A stretch of DNA of 64,000 nucleotides from Nymphaea colorata. Its lineage: Eukaryota. How positions within the stretch are numbered: the stretch's first letter is position 1; every line of letters begins with the position of its first letter. The translations under genes and the position numbers were made by a program. The notes under the pieces were generated by a model. That model was not told the origin of the DNA. It saw nothing but the letters and a program-made list of their open reading frames with translations, and made no database searches. Positions 12,223-24,770 of this stretch are shown here, one piece after another. The stretch covers positions 9,300,001-9,364,000 of the forward strand of contig NC_045138.2 in the NCBI RefSeq assembly GCF_008831285.2, written 5' to 3'.

Positions 12223-14118
12223 GCCTGTCCAATTTTCTATGCAAAACAAGCATGAACAGAAGAAGAAGCTAGGTCTTTAATTTATGTATGGATTCACTTC
12301 TAGAAAATTTGTGCGTTTCTTTAGAAATTGAAGATGACTCAGGTCTACTGCTTTGGAACATATTGCTTCACAAATTCCAAATCCAGCCGCACGACTAATG
12401 GTTACATCAACGAGGCTTTTTCTTGGCCACCCATATCTTATTTTCATTTACCAGTTTTCCACTCCATTCAGTCCCAAATCAAAGTTGTCAATTTGAACTT
12501 TTTTTTTTAAGATTCCCAAAGCTTGGGCTTCGACCATGTTCACAAAGATTGGTTTTGCCTTTTAAATGGAGAGGTTTTTCTCAACGACGAGCTTAGAAAA
12601 AAGATAAAAATAATGGAAAAATATGGTACATTTTTAGAAAACATTAAAAAAACTTAAAAGTCCGAGAAAAATCAAATAAATGATAAACTAATAAGGCAAC
12701 ATTTAAAAAATAGATAATAAATAAATAAGAATTAGAAAGTGGAAACAAGCAGTTTGACAATAAAAAAGAGTGAAAAAATGCCTAAAGTGAAAAAAAAGGA
12801 AAAATGAGAATGATGCAGAAAAACGCGTTTTTTTGCTATGGCATTTTTTTTTCAAAAATGAAACGGCAGTTTTTGTCTTCTTATTAGGCTGACTTATTTT
12901 TCACACATTTAATGCTTTTTCTTTTGAAAAATGCAGCTACTCTGAAGCAGGGATGGGATCGTGTTGAGTACGCTGTTTTTAGTGGACGGACCATGGATTT
13001 TATCACTCAACCCGCTGTTCTTGATACTCAAACTATCTCATCAGATTAGTTTGAAATATTGGCTTCAAATCTATGCTTTTATCAAGTATGGATCATGCTC
13101 CACACTCCAACACCAAAGATTTTATCACTCAACCGTTTTTGCCAATCAGACTATGTTATCCAATTAGCTTGAAATATTTGCTTGAGTCAGCAGGTTCATT
13201 CAAATCTATGCTAAATCAGTTTGATCCAGTTCACATGTTTTTTTTTTAAAACAATGTTTTTTATTAGCTTTTATACATTGTTTATTTATTTTCCAATAAA
13301 TTCTTTTTTTAATATTTTGTGCTGATTCACAACTAAATTGTCTAGATCACTGGATTGGTCGACACATCGAAGAGGCTGATTTACTTCCACTGATCTTCTT
13401 TGTCCCAAGCCTGTGTGTTTTACAAATAATTGCACTTCTATAGATTCTCTTCCAGAAAAATTCGTCTTTTTTTGTTTAATTCAAATTGTTGGAAGACTAA
13501 AGTCCAAGAGCAAAAAGAAGGAAATCGTTTGTTATTTCCACACTCAGCGCCTTTGGCACAACTGATAACATCAAGGGGGGCTTTTCTTGAATTGACTGGT
13601 CCACGAAATTGAAAACAAATATTGTTGACTCGATTCAGAAACCAGTTTTACTGATTAAGATACACAATTTAATTAAGATTGCTAAGGAATGTATTTACCT
13701 AAATAATGTTATCGCCATGAACAATTATCAAGCTGCTTTTGTATCTTCTCTTCCATAAAATATTCACGGTTTTTTTTGTTAAATTGATGTTGTTGGAAGG
13801 GTCCTAAGTTGGTGCTCATGAAAAGTAAGTGATATCGCTTGTTGTTTTCCATATTCGGTGTCTACGGCACGGCTGCATATCACATCAATGGGACTTTTTC
13901 TAATTCATAGGACTTCTTATTTCCACATCCAGCACCTTAGTTGGCACGCAAGACTACATCAACAAGACTTTTCTTCACAGCCCTTAACAACATATTTCCA
14001 ATGTCATGTTCCCTTCTCTTCTTGCCTTCTCTTATCTTCTTGCCAGTTTTCTAACCTTTTTCTTTTGGGTTTTTCAATCGAACGGCCTACATTACATTTA
14101 GTAGACCGGTCCTGTTGG

Positions 14119-14602
14119 TAGGGCTGCACATCACCGCTCGACTGGGCTCAAAAAACTTGAGCTCAAGTTCAAGCTCGGCTCAAACTCAAGTCGGACTCCT
14201 TATAGCAAGCTCGAGTTTGACTCGACCACACAAAATCGAGCTCAACATCAACTCGTTTAACCCATTTAACTTGTTTAGGCGTTAACTCATGTAAGCATTA
14301 ACTCGTGTAAGTGTTAAGGTCATGTTAACTTGTGAAAATTTGTTTTTACCCTCAAAGTTTAAAGTTTAAACCAGTGATTTGGTGAACCGGTTTTTGCAAT
14401 ATTATATAGAATACCGGTGCGAGTCAGTCAAATCTAGTATAAATGAGCCAAGTTCCAAAAACTCGAACTTGAGTCATTTATCGTTTCGAGTATAATTGTA
14501 ACATCGAACTCGACTCATTTATAAAGGAGTTGAGCACAAGTTGAGCTTTTTTGAGCGAGTTTATGTCAAGCCCGAGTCGGCTCGGATCATTATGCAGCCC
14601 TA
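14119..14602. mobile_element. hAT-type MITE (GAGCTCGAG-rich family)
   Basis: TIR TAGGGCTGCA/TGCAGCCCTA and an 8-bp TSD cctgttgg/cctattgg with 1 mismatch. Partial relatives occur at about 27610-27890, 33370-33715, 39135-39490 and 41215-41545. Confidence 0.85.
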
Positions 14603-15074
14603 CCTATTGGACATTTACAATAGAGCTATTACCAAAGATCAGATCATCGATATTAGTGTTACCAGAATCAGCCCGATTCTGTTAATGGCTCCCCATACTG
14701 CACTAATCAAGCAACGTTTTCATGAATGATGAGAACCGGCACTTACATATAGGTTGTGATAGATGACAACCAAAATTAGGTAGTAAAAATAATATAAAAA
14801 ACACATCTTTTTTTTTTTGAAAAAACAATAATAAAACACAAAAAATAAGTCTGCTAAATAGAACGGCAGAAAAATAATCTTTTTTGAAAAAATTGCTAAA
14901 ATAAAAAAGGTGGTTTTCCTGTCTTTTTCATTTTTGGTATTTTTCATATTTTCTAAATGTCAAATTGCTTGTTACCATTCTGTAATTTTTAGTTGTTGCT
15001 TATCTTGCGTTATCACTTACTCATTTATCTTATTTCCCTCTAACTTTTAAGATTTTTCTTTCTTTTTTTAAGTT

Positions 15075-16130
15075 AACAGTAGAAATGCTTGTTCTTTTTT
15101 ATAAAACCTGTTTCACTTCTTATTTGGCTTAGTAATCAACTGATCAACCATGGTGAAAGCACATAAATTTAAACAGCCGAAGAAAGGAAGGAAAATTTGG
15201 CAGAAGTCAATAAGAATGTCTTCAAGCTATGCATTTGCCAGGTGAATTTTTCAGATATGCAGTTCATCAGCTGATGTATTCATGCCTTCTCTTATTGTTA
15301 GATGTCATACGGTAAGTCTGGACGATGCAAAACGTACATGATCTTGAAATTTGACGAATGAAAGATCCAATCTGATCACATTTTATTTCACTAAAGAAAA
15401 AAGACTTCACTGCTGCAAATAATATAGGGATTTGTTCGAAAGTGATAAGAAGGGCTAAGACACTAAATCTAAAACTCTGAATTGATAGGCCACCAAAAGT
15501 TTCAAGGAATCCCATCAATTTGGAATTGCAGTCATAGTTGTAACAGAAAAATATAATTATTAAACTTTTTACTTACTAAACTTTCAACAAACTAAAATTT
15601 TTAACACTTGCTAATAATGTGACGTTTGGAAAACTTAAGAATGCAGGAAAAAGATCAAAATTTCAACTTTTCCATGGATTTGCAGAAATTTCCAGAATTT
15701 CTTTTCTTTTCTTTTTTTTTTTGTAAAATATTGTCACAACCAAATTATTGAACAAAGTTTTCAAACCCCAAAGACTGATTGAAATGTTCCAATGCAAAAG
15801 TTCTTAATCTTTGTCTCTGATATTTGTGGTTCTAGTTGTTTCCAAGTATGAGACGATAAGGGCAATGATCAAGAACACAAGTTCATCAGAGGAGAAAAAG
15901 AATAATCCAAACATATTCAGTAAGATAGACCCCCACAACACAAGAAGCCCTGGTATAGGTTGAGTTTTTCGATTGCGACAATGGAAACAATAGGAATGAA
16001 GTAGGAAGAAGTAGAAGAGAGCATACAAAAGAATGAGGAATGAAATCATAATCGAAGCCGACCCTGAAACAGAATCTCAGGGGGTTGAATGCATTCCCAA
16101 TCAGCATTAAAGGAAATCGATTTACAAAAA
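15075..16130 (+). repeat. Local duplicated block B (copies at about 28180-28725, 31670-32640 and 39765-40440)
   Basis: Shared runs such as cctgtttcacttcttatttgg, caatctgatcacattttatttcacta and gactgattgaaatgttcc. Confidence 0.9.
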
Positions 16131-16782
16131 AGCTTGATCACATCCGTATGAAGACTATGATGAACTCCTTTCGTAGCATCAATGCTTTGTACTTGTTAAC
16201 ACCCCAAGTTTTTCTACATCAGAACTGAAGCGATATCAAAATTTTACAAAAGAATTGTGAAAAATTATAATTTCAAAGCTAATTTCGAATCAGAAGAACA
16301 ATGTAGATTCAATTTAACCCATGACACAAATCCCAATGCAGGATTACGAGTCCAAACTATGTGCAAAAGTCATTTGAAATCCGAATCCAATTGTAAATGT
16401 CATTTGAAATCCAAATCCAATTGCAAAATTCAAATTTTGACTTAAATCCAAGAATTGACTCTAATTCAGTCTAGAATGCTACTTGGAACCCACATGTGGG
16501 CTCCACCTAGCCCGTGAGGTCAAGAGCCCTCCAGGGGTCACACCCTCCCCCATTTAAAAGAAAAATATATTTTCTATTAATTAGATGAAGAAAAGTTATT
16601 TCAAGGAGAAATGAATGAGAAACCTAGGAAAAGAGAGACATTGATGTCTCTCTCTCTTCTTTAACCAGATCCTCTTTAAAGAGGAGTCAATTTCCGAAAT
16701 GCAATAACTAAGCTGGTCAAACTCACTTAGTCAATTTCCAAAACGCAATCCAAGTAGGTTTGACTCAGGTGCACCCAAAAAG

Positions 16783-18820
16783 TCGATGAGACATTCACCA
16801 TATAATAGCAAGAGGAAGAAAGTGGTGTGGCACTGACAACTTAAAGAAACAAATTGAAATATTCATTGTGCCTTTATTTAATTTCTTCCAAATTGTAATT
16901 GGGAAGCAGCCTTTAGCTGTTTTAGAGATAGAAATTGTGTATTATCATGATCATGTATACCAAAAGATCTTGTAAGCCATAACCTTTTTTTTTACTATAT
17001 ATGTTGGTCAATGGAATCAATAAAAACAAGTTCTCTCCGGCTTTATCTTTCATGCTTTCTCTGTTTTCTTCTCTTTTCCCATGGTATCAGAGCAAAACGG
17101 GAGAGGAAAATCGACTGCTCCCTTCGGTTGACTCCAAAAAATCCAATCTTTTGTAGAGAGGTTCTTCAGACACCTGGAATTGGAATAATCTTCAGACAAC
17201 AAATCAGTGCCGGCCATCCTCTCTGCAGCCTGATACACCTTCGTCTCCAGCAAATTTCTCAGGGTCGACTGAATTTCTCTGCTGCGGATGTCAGTGACGA
17301 GCCATTGCAGATCCTCACGAATCATATCCAGAAATCTCCTCTCGGCAGCTCCTGTTCTCAGCTTACAGGTTCAGCTGGATAGCAGGTTCTCTCAACCCTT
17401 CACTGAGTCACAAACTCAGGCAGTCATATTTGCTTCTGTTCAAAGGCTTTACCTTCTTCTCTGATTTAAGACGGCAAAAGAGTGTCTCCAGCGGAGGAAA
17501 GAGGGAGGAAACAGAATTAGGGGCTGTCGGACTGTAATGAGGTGGTTTTTTTTTTTTGGGCACGCTTTGAGCTGTTTCTCTGTTTTCTCTAAGGAGTGCT
17601 TGATGGTGATATTCTTATTATCAAAGCAGAAATTCGTGAAGCCTGCTCTGTTCGAGTCGTACAAACACCACCGAGTTGAGATTCATCGAAGATCTTAAGG
17701 GCATCTTTTCCTCTTTCAAACTTGGGTAATTTGGCACGCGGACCATTGACTTGAGTGCTGGGGGTAACTTGGGTATTCGATTTATTGACTTAGCATGACG
17801 AAGAACAACTTATGCAAGACAAGTTCCACAGGGACAAATTGTCACCATTCTGAGGTCAGTTCTTCAATGCATAGATAAATGGTTTACTCAAGTTCAATCA
17901 AATCAATTTTATGAAACCCAAACTTGACTTGTTTATAATCGTGAGTTTTGAGTTAAGCTTGAGCTTAACAAAGCAAATTTGAGTCGAGCTTGAGTTGGCT
18001 TGACTCGTTTTACAGCTCTATCCACTTGACACACACAAATGGACTCGTCCCCTGTTTGTAATGGTGAAACATGTCAGTTGAGTGGGGAAGCTTCAACCTA
18101 AGTCGATATGTCTGATTTGAATTGACTGTCCAAGCTAACTGCTCCAAAAACATTTGCATGAAAAAAAGAACATTACTAATCAGCTAAAAAATCAGATAGG
18201 ATTTGAAATTAAGAAATGACATTCGATTAAATTTAGACTCAAATATGCATAAATATCTGAACGGATTCAGATTTAGTTATATAAAAATATCCAGCCGAAT
18301 TCAGATTCACATTCCAATACACGAAAGTATCCGATCAGAACCAGACGGGACATAATTTAAATAAAAATTCTATATTCAATGCTCTTAACAGATTGTAAAT
18401 CAGCCGGATTCAGTTTAAAATATGGATTCAGATTCAAATTCATATATGAATATAAAAATAGGATTCGGGTTGGATTCTTATTGTGACATCTGATTTCATA
18501 TTCAGATATGATGAAAAAAATGGATTTAGATCAGATTCAAATTATGAAATCTGAGTTTGGTCAGTTTTGGATGAGGGAAAAAATCAGATTCATAAGAACT
18601 TAGTACCCAAGATTATAATTGTTAACTTCATAAGGACTTATTATGCAAGATAATTGGGTAATGCATCTTCCCATTTTCACGAAATAAATTACATAATTTA
18701 TATCTATATTAATGTTAGCTTTGCAATATTTTCCAATAGTCCTGCTGTCAATAATTGGTATATGTCTGTTTATATGTGTATTTATAATCATCGCTTGCCA
18801 CCACGAGGTGCGATTTGTCA
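16783..18820 (+). repeat. Local duplicated block C (~2 kb; copy at about 37069-39128)
   Basis: Near-identical sequence from tcgatgag.cattcaccatataatagc to ccacgaggtgcgatttgt. Confidence 0.92.
16800..17760 (+). mobile_element. Truncated copia-type 5' end (LTR, Met-PBS and leader); duplicated at about 37085-38060
   Basis: CA followed by TGGTATCAGAGC at 17082-17093 and at 37367-37378, after a CT-rich U5-like tract. The LTR left boundary is uncertain. Confidence 0.6.
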
Positions 18821-21019
18821 CATTCCTGTTTGTTGATGAGAACGAGTGACCAGACCAAGTCAAGGTCATTTACTGCTAGCAAGGCCCCCACTTTGCAGCT
18901 CATCTAATCCTTAACCGAGAACAAGCCGATCGATGGCGCAGCTTGTGCCCGAAAGGTTCGGACTACCAACTTCTAATTTCATTGATAAGATGTTGACCTT
19001 AACAAATCCCCATTAATATTGGACTCATTCGAAAAAGATGGGCACGTAAACTGTTGGTTCATACCTATCCGTTTATAAATGTGTCACAAATTCATGAAAC
19101 ACAGTGTTAAGACGTTTGGTTCATATCTTAATGTATCTTATTACAGTCTATTATACACATGCCATCTGTTTGACTTTTAAAAGGCTATCTCCTCATAGTA
19201 GACCTGGGCGTCGGGCCGGGTCACCACCAGGTACCTGGTACCGGGCCTAGTCGGGCCCGGTGGTTCGGCCCCATCCGGTCTTATTTATAACAAAAAAAAA
19301 ATTAAATGATAAATAAATTTTTTAATATAAAATATATTTTAAAATAATAAAGTGAAATGTGCCTTCAACATTGTCTGCTAGCCTTTCAATTGGGACAACT
19401 GAAGCGTGCAGCATATGAAGCCCATGGGTTTGGAACGTCAACACTTTGAAGATATTAGAAGATTCCAACGTCATATTCTCTTTCCTTACTTTGTCACTCA
19501 CAAAGCCAAGCAAGCTTTGCGAGTTATTTGTGCTTCGGTTCAGATCTTTTTCAGGTCAATCGTTTATGCGTTGGCTTTTTGGGCATTGTGTGGTCAAGGT
19601 TTTCTGCACGGAAGAATGAATCATGCGCCGACAAAGATGCCTGCAGTTGTCGGCAAAGGCAACAACTTATTTCATTTCTGAGAGGTTTGCGGAGGAATAT
19701 TTCAAATGATGAGCTGAGTTAATCTGGATTTACTAATTAATTGAGCACTTTCCAAGGAATTGTCCAGGATGAGTTTCAAGGTTTCTACCTTACGTCTAAG
19801 ATAGGAGAGATTTCAAAACTGAACAACCTTTGGTATCTGATCAGAGGTTTGCCCACCGAGCTTCTTGGATCACTTGAGAATAGAAAAGTTAGAAGTAAAG
19901 TGAAGGCTAGGATGAGCGATGATCTGATCGTTCGAGATCAAAGAGCAAACAGACAACCAAAGGAACAAAGTCTTACCATCCACGGGATCACAATATCATG
20001 GAACAAAGTCTTATGATCAGAATATTTGTTTAGATATGATCAAATTCATGAGATCTTAATTTGGCAACTGAATTGTGTATAATTTACTAAAAGCAACGTT
20101 TTTATGTGAATATGACTCCAAACTTTAACTGCTGGCTAGGGACTTTCACTTCTGCAACGATGATCACCTCTTTGCTCTTCCATCCTATCTTCCATGAAGG
20201 AATCGGTCTGCAAGGAAGCAGAACAAAACCAGATATCATCGTCAATTTCGTCTATACCCTTCTCGACCTTCTGTTCCGTGGTCAACTCGACCTGGTGTTT
20301 CCTTATGCACTTCTTAATAGATATAAAAATATTTTTATTCTTAATTAGTTTTTATATTCTTCCATTCATTTTTCCCTTTTTTTTTTGCTGATTTGCATCG
20401 AAATCATTTACATTATTGAATTGGCCGGTTCACCAAATTGGCAGCATACATTGTCGACTTGATTTAGAAACTGGTTCTTATGACACAACGATCAGACCAT
20501 CAGGCAGCATTGAATGTTTGATTTCTTCAAAAATAAGGTAGGGAACATGTGGGCGTACGTTGTTTGTATTGGAATATATGGAGACTAGTTCTTGGGTTTC
20601 ACAAGAGGATGGCGCTTCAATCTCGAGAAGAGATTTACCGAGCTTGACTGGTTCAAGCTAAATAAAATTTTTATTCATCATTAATTTTTATATATTTTAT
20701 TCCATTCAATTTTCCAAAATTTGACAAAAATATATATAATATATATTTTTATATGTATTTTATTCCATGCATTGAGAACCGGAGTGCAGAGCTTCTTTCG
20801 CTGCCCCCTTTTTTCGACCGTCACTCCTTCAATCACCACTCTGCGCTACCTTTCTTGCCTTTGCTACTATCAGATTTTAAACACAGGCATACAATAGACA
20901 CTAACATTTTGAATGTAAGAGTGAGAGTCGTTATTGTTGTAATGGAAAGGGGTTGTGGTTGTTCGTAATGAAGGACGACACTGGATGCCTAGTAGTGGAC
21001 TCTGTGTCCACTTTTTCCT

Positions 21020-21320
21020 GCCTCAGTTTGACGTCGATTGAGTATGGATGTCATCTGCCATAGGTTCTCCCTATAGCGCTCTGGCAATAGCTTGGAAAGT
21101 GCGTCAATTCCATAAAAATACTGGCAATTTAGGAACCCTAATCCAGATTGGCACTCCCATATTCTCCTCAATCGATAAAAGAGCATCTTGGATCCCATTT
21201 GCTGCCAACCATCACTCTTCCACCCAATTTCCATTCTCCCCTTCTAAAAACTACCCTGAGTTCGTCCTCACTTTGAACCCTTACAAGGAAAGCATCCCTC
21301 CCTAAGAAAGAGAACTTAGG
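21020..21320 (-). mobile_element. LINE ORF1 (DUF4283-like) remnant
   Basis: Minus-strand translations GEWKLGGRVMVGSKWDP and VPIWIRVPKLPVFLWN*RTFQAIARAL*GEPMADD. Confidence 0.75.
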
Positions 21321-23940
21321 GTTTGCAACTGGAATGTATTTACTTAAATAATCTTATCGCCTTGAACAATTATCAAGCTGCTTTTGTATCTTCTCTTCCA
21401 GAAGTATTTGCGTTTTTTTTTTTGTTAAATTCAAGTTGTTGGAAGAGTCCTAAGCCTGCTGCTCATGAAAAGTAAGTGATATCGCTTGTTGTTTTCCACA
21501 CTCACTGTCTACGGCATGACCACAGATCGCCGCAGATCACATCAATGGGACTTTTTTTAATTCCACATCCAGCACCTTGCTTGGCACACAAGATTACATC
21601 AACAAGACTTTTTCTTCACAACCCTTAACAACATATTGTAGGATCATTTGGTGGGCCGACATATGTCTATGAGGAATTTCAGACATTATGGCTGTCTTAA
21701 CGTAAATATCCGCTTAAGTGATTGCATTTTGAGATATTACGTCATTTTAGATGGTATGGGGTAATTTTAGAATGTATAGATACTAGTATGCAATTACGGA
21801 CTCTTTGATGGGTTGAATCCGTAATTGTCCTTATTATATAATGGTAGTGGTCCCTGGGGTCGTGCAATGGTTGCCTGAAACATTGGTTTCTAGGGTTTTC
21901 CTCTTCCCCATCTGAGAGAGACCTCAAGCACGCCGCACGTACCCTGGAAGATCCTGCAGCGATCTTCCCGTGCACCAGATCAGATGGATTCAGGTACGCT
22001 TCCGCTTTAAGTTTAAGGTTATGTTTGATTCAATGATTTAGCATGAGCATGATCCTGTTTTAGGGTATATACGTTTGGTTTTGTATATGCGTTATGGGGA
22101 GAAATCCCAACATTTGGTATCAGAGCCTATGTTCTTCGTTAAATCGTTGAATTTTTGGATGATTTTGTGCGTCTTCCCGTTGGGTTCATCCCTGTTCTTC
22201 GGCTGCAATTATTGTTTTCATAAAAAAAAAAAAAATTGGGTTGAGGGTGTGCACCGGAAGCCGTCGGCCTTCCGTTGCAGCATCAGGAGGACGAGGCATG
22301 GGCAAGGGGATGGCCGGATCGGCGGGCGTCCATCGCTGGTAGGCGATGCAGGCTTCCGACAGTCGTGAGGAAACCCCAACGGCGGACACCCACGCTGTGG
22401 GTGGCCTGCGGTGCCCTGTATGCCTCAGATGCAACCGTAAGGCGAAGGAACAGGAACGGACAAAGGGGATTCAGGCTAGGGCATCGTTTTCCGGCGGTCA
22501 GGTAGGCGTCGGCCGGCCCTTAGGCGATGGCTCGACGTCCGCGTCCTAGCGCGACCCGCCGGAAACCACCCACGCTGTTGGGTGGCCTGCCGGCGACTTT
22601 CTGGCTGCCGTTTTCAGCCGCCCAAGACGAGCAAAGGGGCAGAAAGTCGATGGGGGGAAACCGGCCAGAATCGGTCTGTTTCCGGCGGGCGTCGATCCGC
22701 CATCGTGGCGGCCGACGTCCGGCGACGCTGGCGGCATCCGCCGGTGGCCACCCACGGTGTTGGGTGGCCTGCCGGTGGAGATTCACCGCCCGCCTGCCGT
22801 TCGGCAGGCGAAGCGGCGGAGGCGACGCCCGCGACCGCTCGCGCGGTCGAGTGGGCGGGTCGGCCCGGGTCGGGTCGTGACAGATCCGATCCGGATCCAC
22901 CGTGTTTAAAAAAAAAAAAAAAAAGATTTTGCCGCCTCGCACCCGAGCCCCGTATCCATTTGGTTTAAGTAAATCGGTTCATTTTTTAAACCGGTTTTGG
23001 AAAAGACTCGAACCGGTTCATTCGGTTTTAGACCGGTTCAATACGATTCAGAACCGATTCGATCCGATTCAGACCGGTTCAGACCTTTCAGATCCGATTC
23101 GGATCATTTTGGGACCGGTTCATTCAGTTTTTGAACCGATTCAGGGCTTTCAGGACCGGTTCATTCAGTTTTTTAACCTATTTTTGCCATTTTTTAACTG
23201 GTTCATTGGGTTTTGGAACCAATACGGTGTAATTTTGAATGGTTCGTCCAATTTTTAGACCAGTTCAGCCCTATTTAGGAGCATGTGGGTGCTTTTGTTG
23301 TAGTTTAAGAACGATACGGGCTATTTTAAGGCCGATTCAGTAGTTCTTGACCCCTCTTAAGCACGATTATGATACCGGTTTATAAATTTTGGACTCTTTT
23401 GGGCCCATTTCATTGAATCATTTTGGTTTTGAATTTAATGTAAGGCATACATGTATGGTAATTTGGTTTATGAATGACAAATTCTGTATGTAAATTTTAA
23501 TTCATGTATCATGTTTTGCATGTTATTAAAATCATGGGTGTACTTTAGATGAATGTTTGGATTATTGCTTGTTTTAAACATTAGATGATAGTATACTTGA
23601 TCCATGCGAACAATGATCAGCCCAAAGGAGGATTGTTGTTTGGTCAGGTTCAAGTATACAGGGCAATGAATATGTGATAATTTTTCAGGTTTCCATGTGA
23701 ATAGCGAGTCAATCCAAAGATAGGCTCGTTGTTTGACAGGGTTAATTATTTATATTCATTGTTGACCAAGAATACCACTTGCAGTTAGTATTTCAATCTA
23801 AAGATTGGATATTAGCGTTGCACCGGTACCTTGTGATGGGTTTTGGGCCATTGTGTTTAAATTCATTTATATTTGTTATTTCATCTTTGTACATGTATTG
23901 ATTGTGAGCATGTTTGGTATTTTTGTTGTTCTTTGTATAG

Positions 23941-24770
23941 TGAGTTCTGCTTCTATGGTATCTGCAAATTTGAGTAAGGTTCCTGAGTTAAATGGTTCAA
24001 ATTTTAAGGACTGGAAAGAAACTGTCATGATTGTTCTGGGTTGTATGGATCTTGACCTTGCATTTAGGGAGTCGTGCCCACCTCATCCAACAGATCAAAG
24101 TTCCCATGAGGATAAGCGGTACTTTGAACGGTGGAAACGCTCAAACCGCATGTGTCTAATGATCATGAAGAGATCAATCCCAGAAAATTTTAGGGGCTCT
24201 ATTACTGAAAAGGCTAGTCCCAAGGCGTTCCTTGAAGAGATTGAAAAACGTTTTGCTAAAAATGAAAAGGCTGAAACAAGCACTCTTTTGAGTAAACTTG
24301 TGACGCTGAGGTTTAAAGGAAATGAGAACATACGGGAGCACATTATGGAAATGTCTCATCTTGCTTCAAAATTACAGGCACTAGGTCTGAGGTTACCTGA
24401 AGACTTTATAGTGCATATGGTTCTTCTTTTTCTTCCACCACAGTTTGGACAATTTAAAGTTAGTTATAACTGTCAGAAGGAGAAATGGACTCTTAATGAG
24501 CTCATTTCGCACTGTGTGGAAGAAGAGGAAATATTGAAGCATGATAGGATAGAAAGTGCTCACTTGGCTACTACGCCTAAAAGTAAGAAAAGAAAGACGG
24601 CTAAAGAAATTGCAGTTGATCACGCATCCATCAAGAAACAAAAGAAGCATAAGGAAGGCAAATCAAGCTGCTTCTTTTGCAAGGATGAAGGTCATATGAA
24701 GAAGGATTGTACTAAGTATCACGCATGGCGTGAAAAGAAAGGTACGATTCTTACGTTGGGTTTGTTCTAA
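23941..24770 (+). CDS. gag: Copia Gag with CCHC zinc knuckle; proposed first exon at 21984-21993 in the LTR (279 aa spliced)
   Basis: Open frame with VPELNGSNFKDWKE, SNRMCLMIMKRSIPE, FKVSYN and CFFCKDEGHMKKDC. An acceptor tttgtatag ends at 23940. Confidence 0.85.

Noticed and set aside
15804..16107. Hydrophobic minus-strand ORFs (also at 32339-32640 and 40222-40407)
   Set aside because: The hydrophobicity follows from a purine-rich plus strand, and starts and stops differ among copies.
16194..16780. Possible gypsy LTR fragment starting TGTTAACACCCC
   Set aside because: No second terminus, PBS or TSD was identified.
19340..20650. Possible NLR/LRR remnant (ISKLNNLWYL, LSKELSRM) after a hAT end
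   Set aside because: The similarity is too fragmentary to call without a BLASTX search.
22186..23258. Overlapping Arg/Pro/Gly-rich ORFs
   Set aside because: They come from the GC-rich, stop-poor retrotransposon leader, and the frames are not conserved with copy 2.
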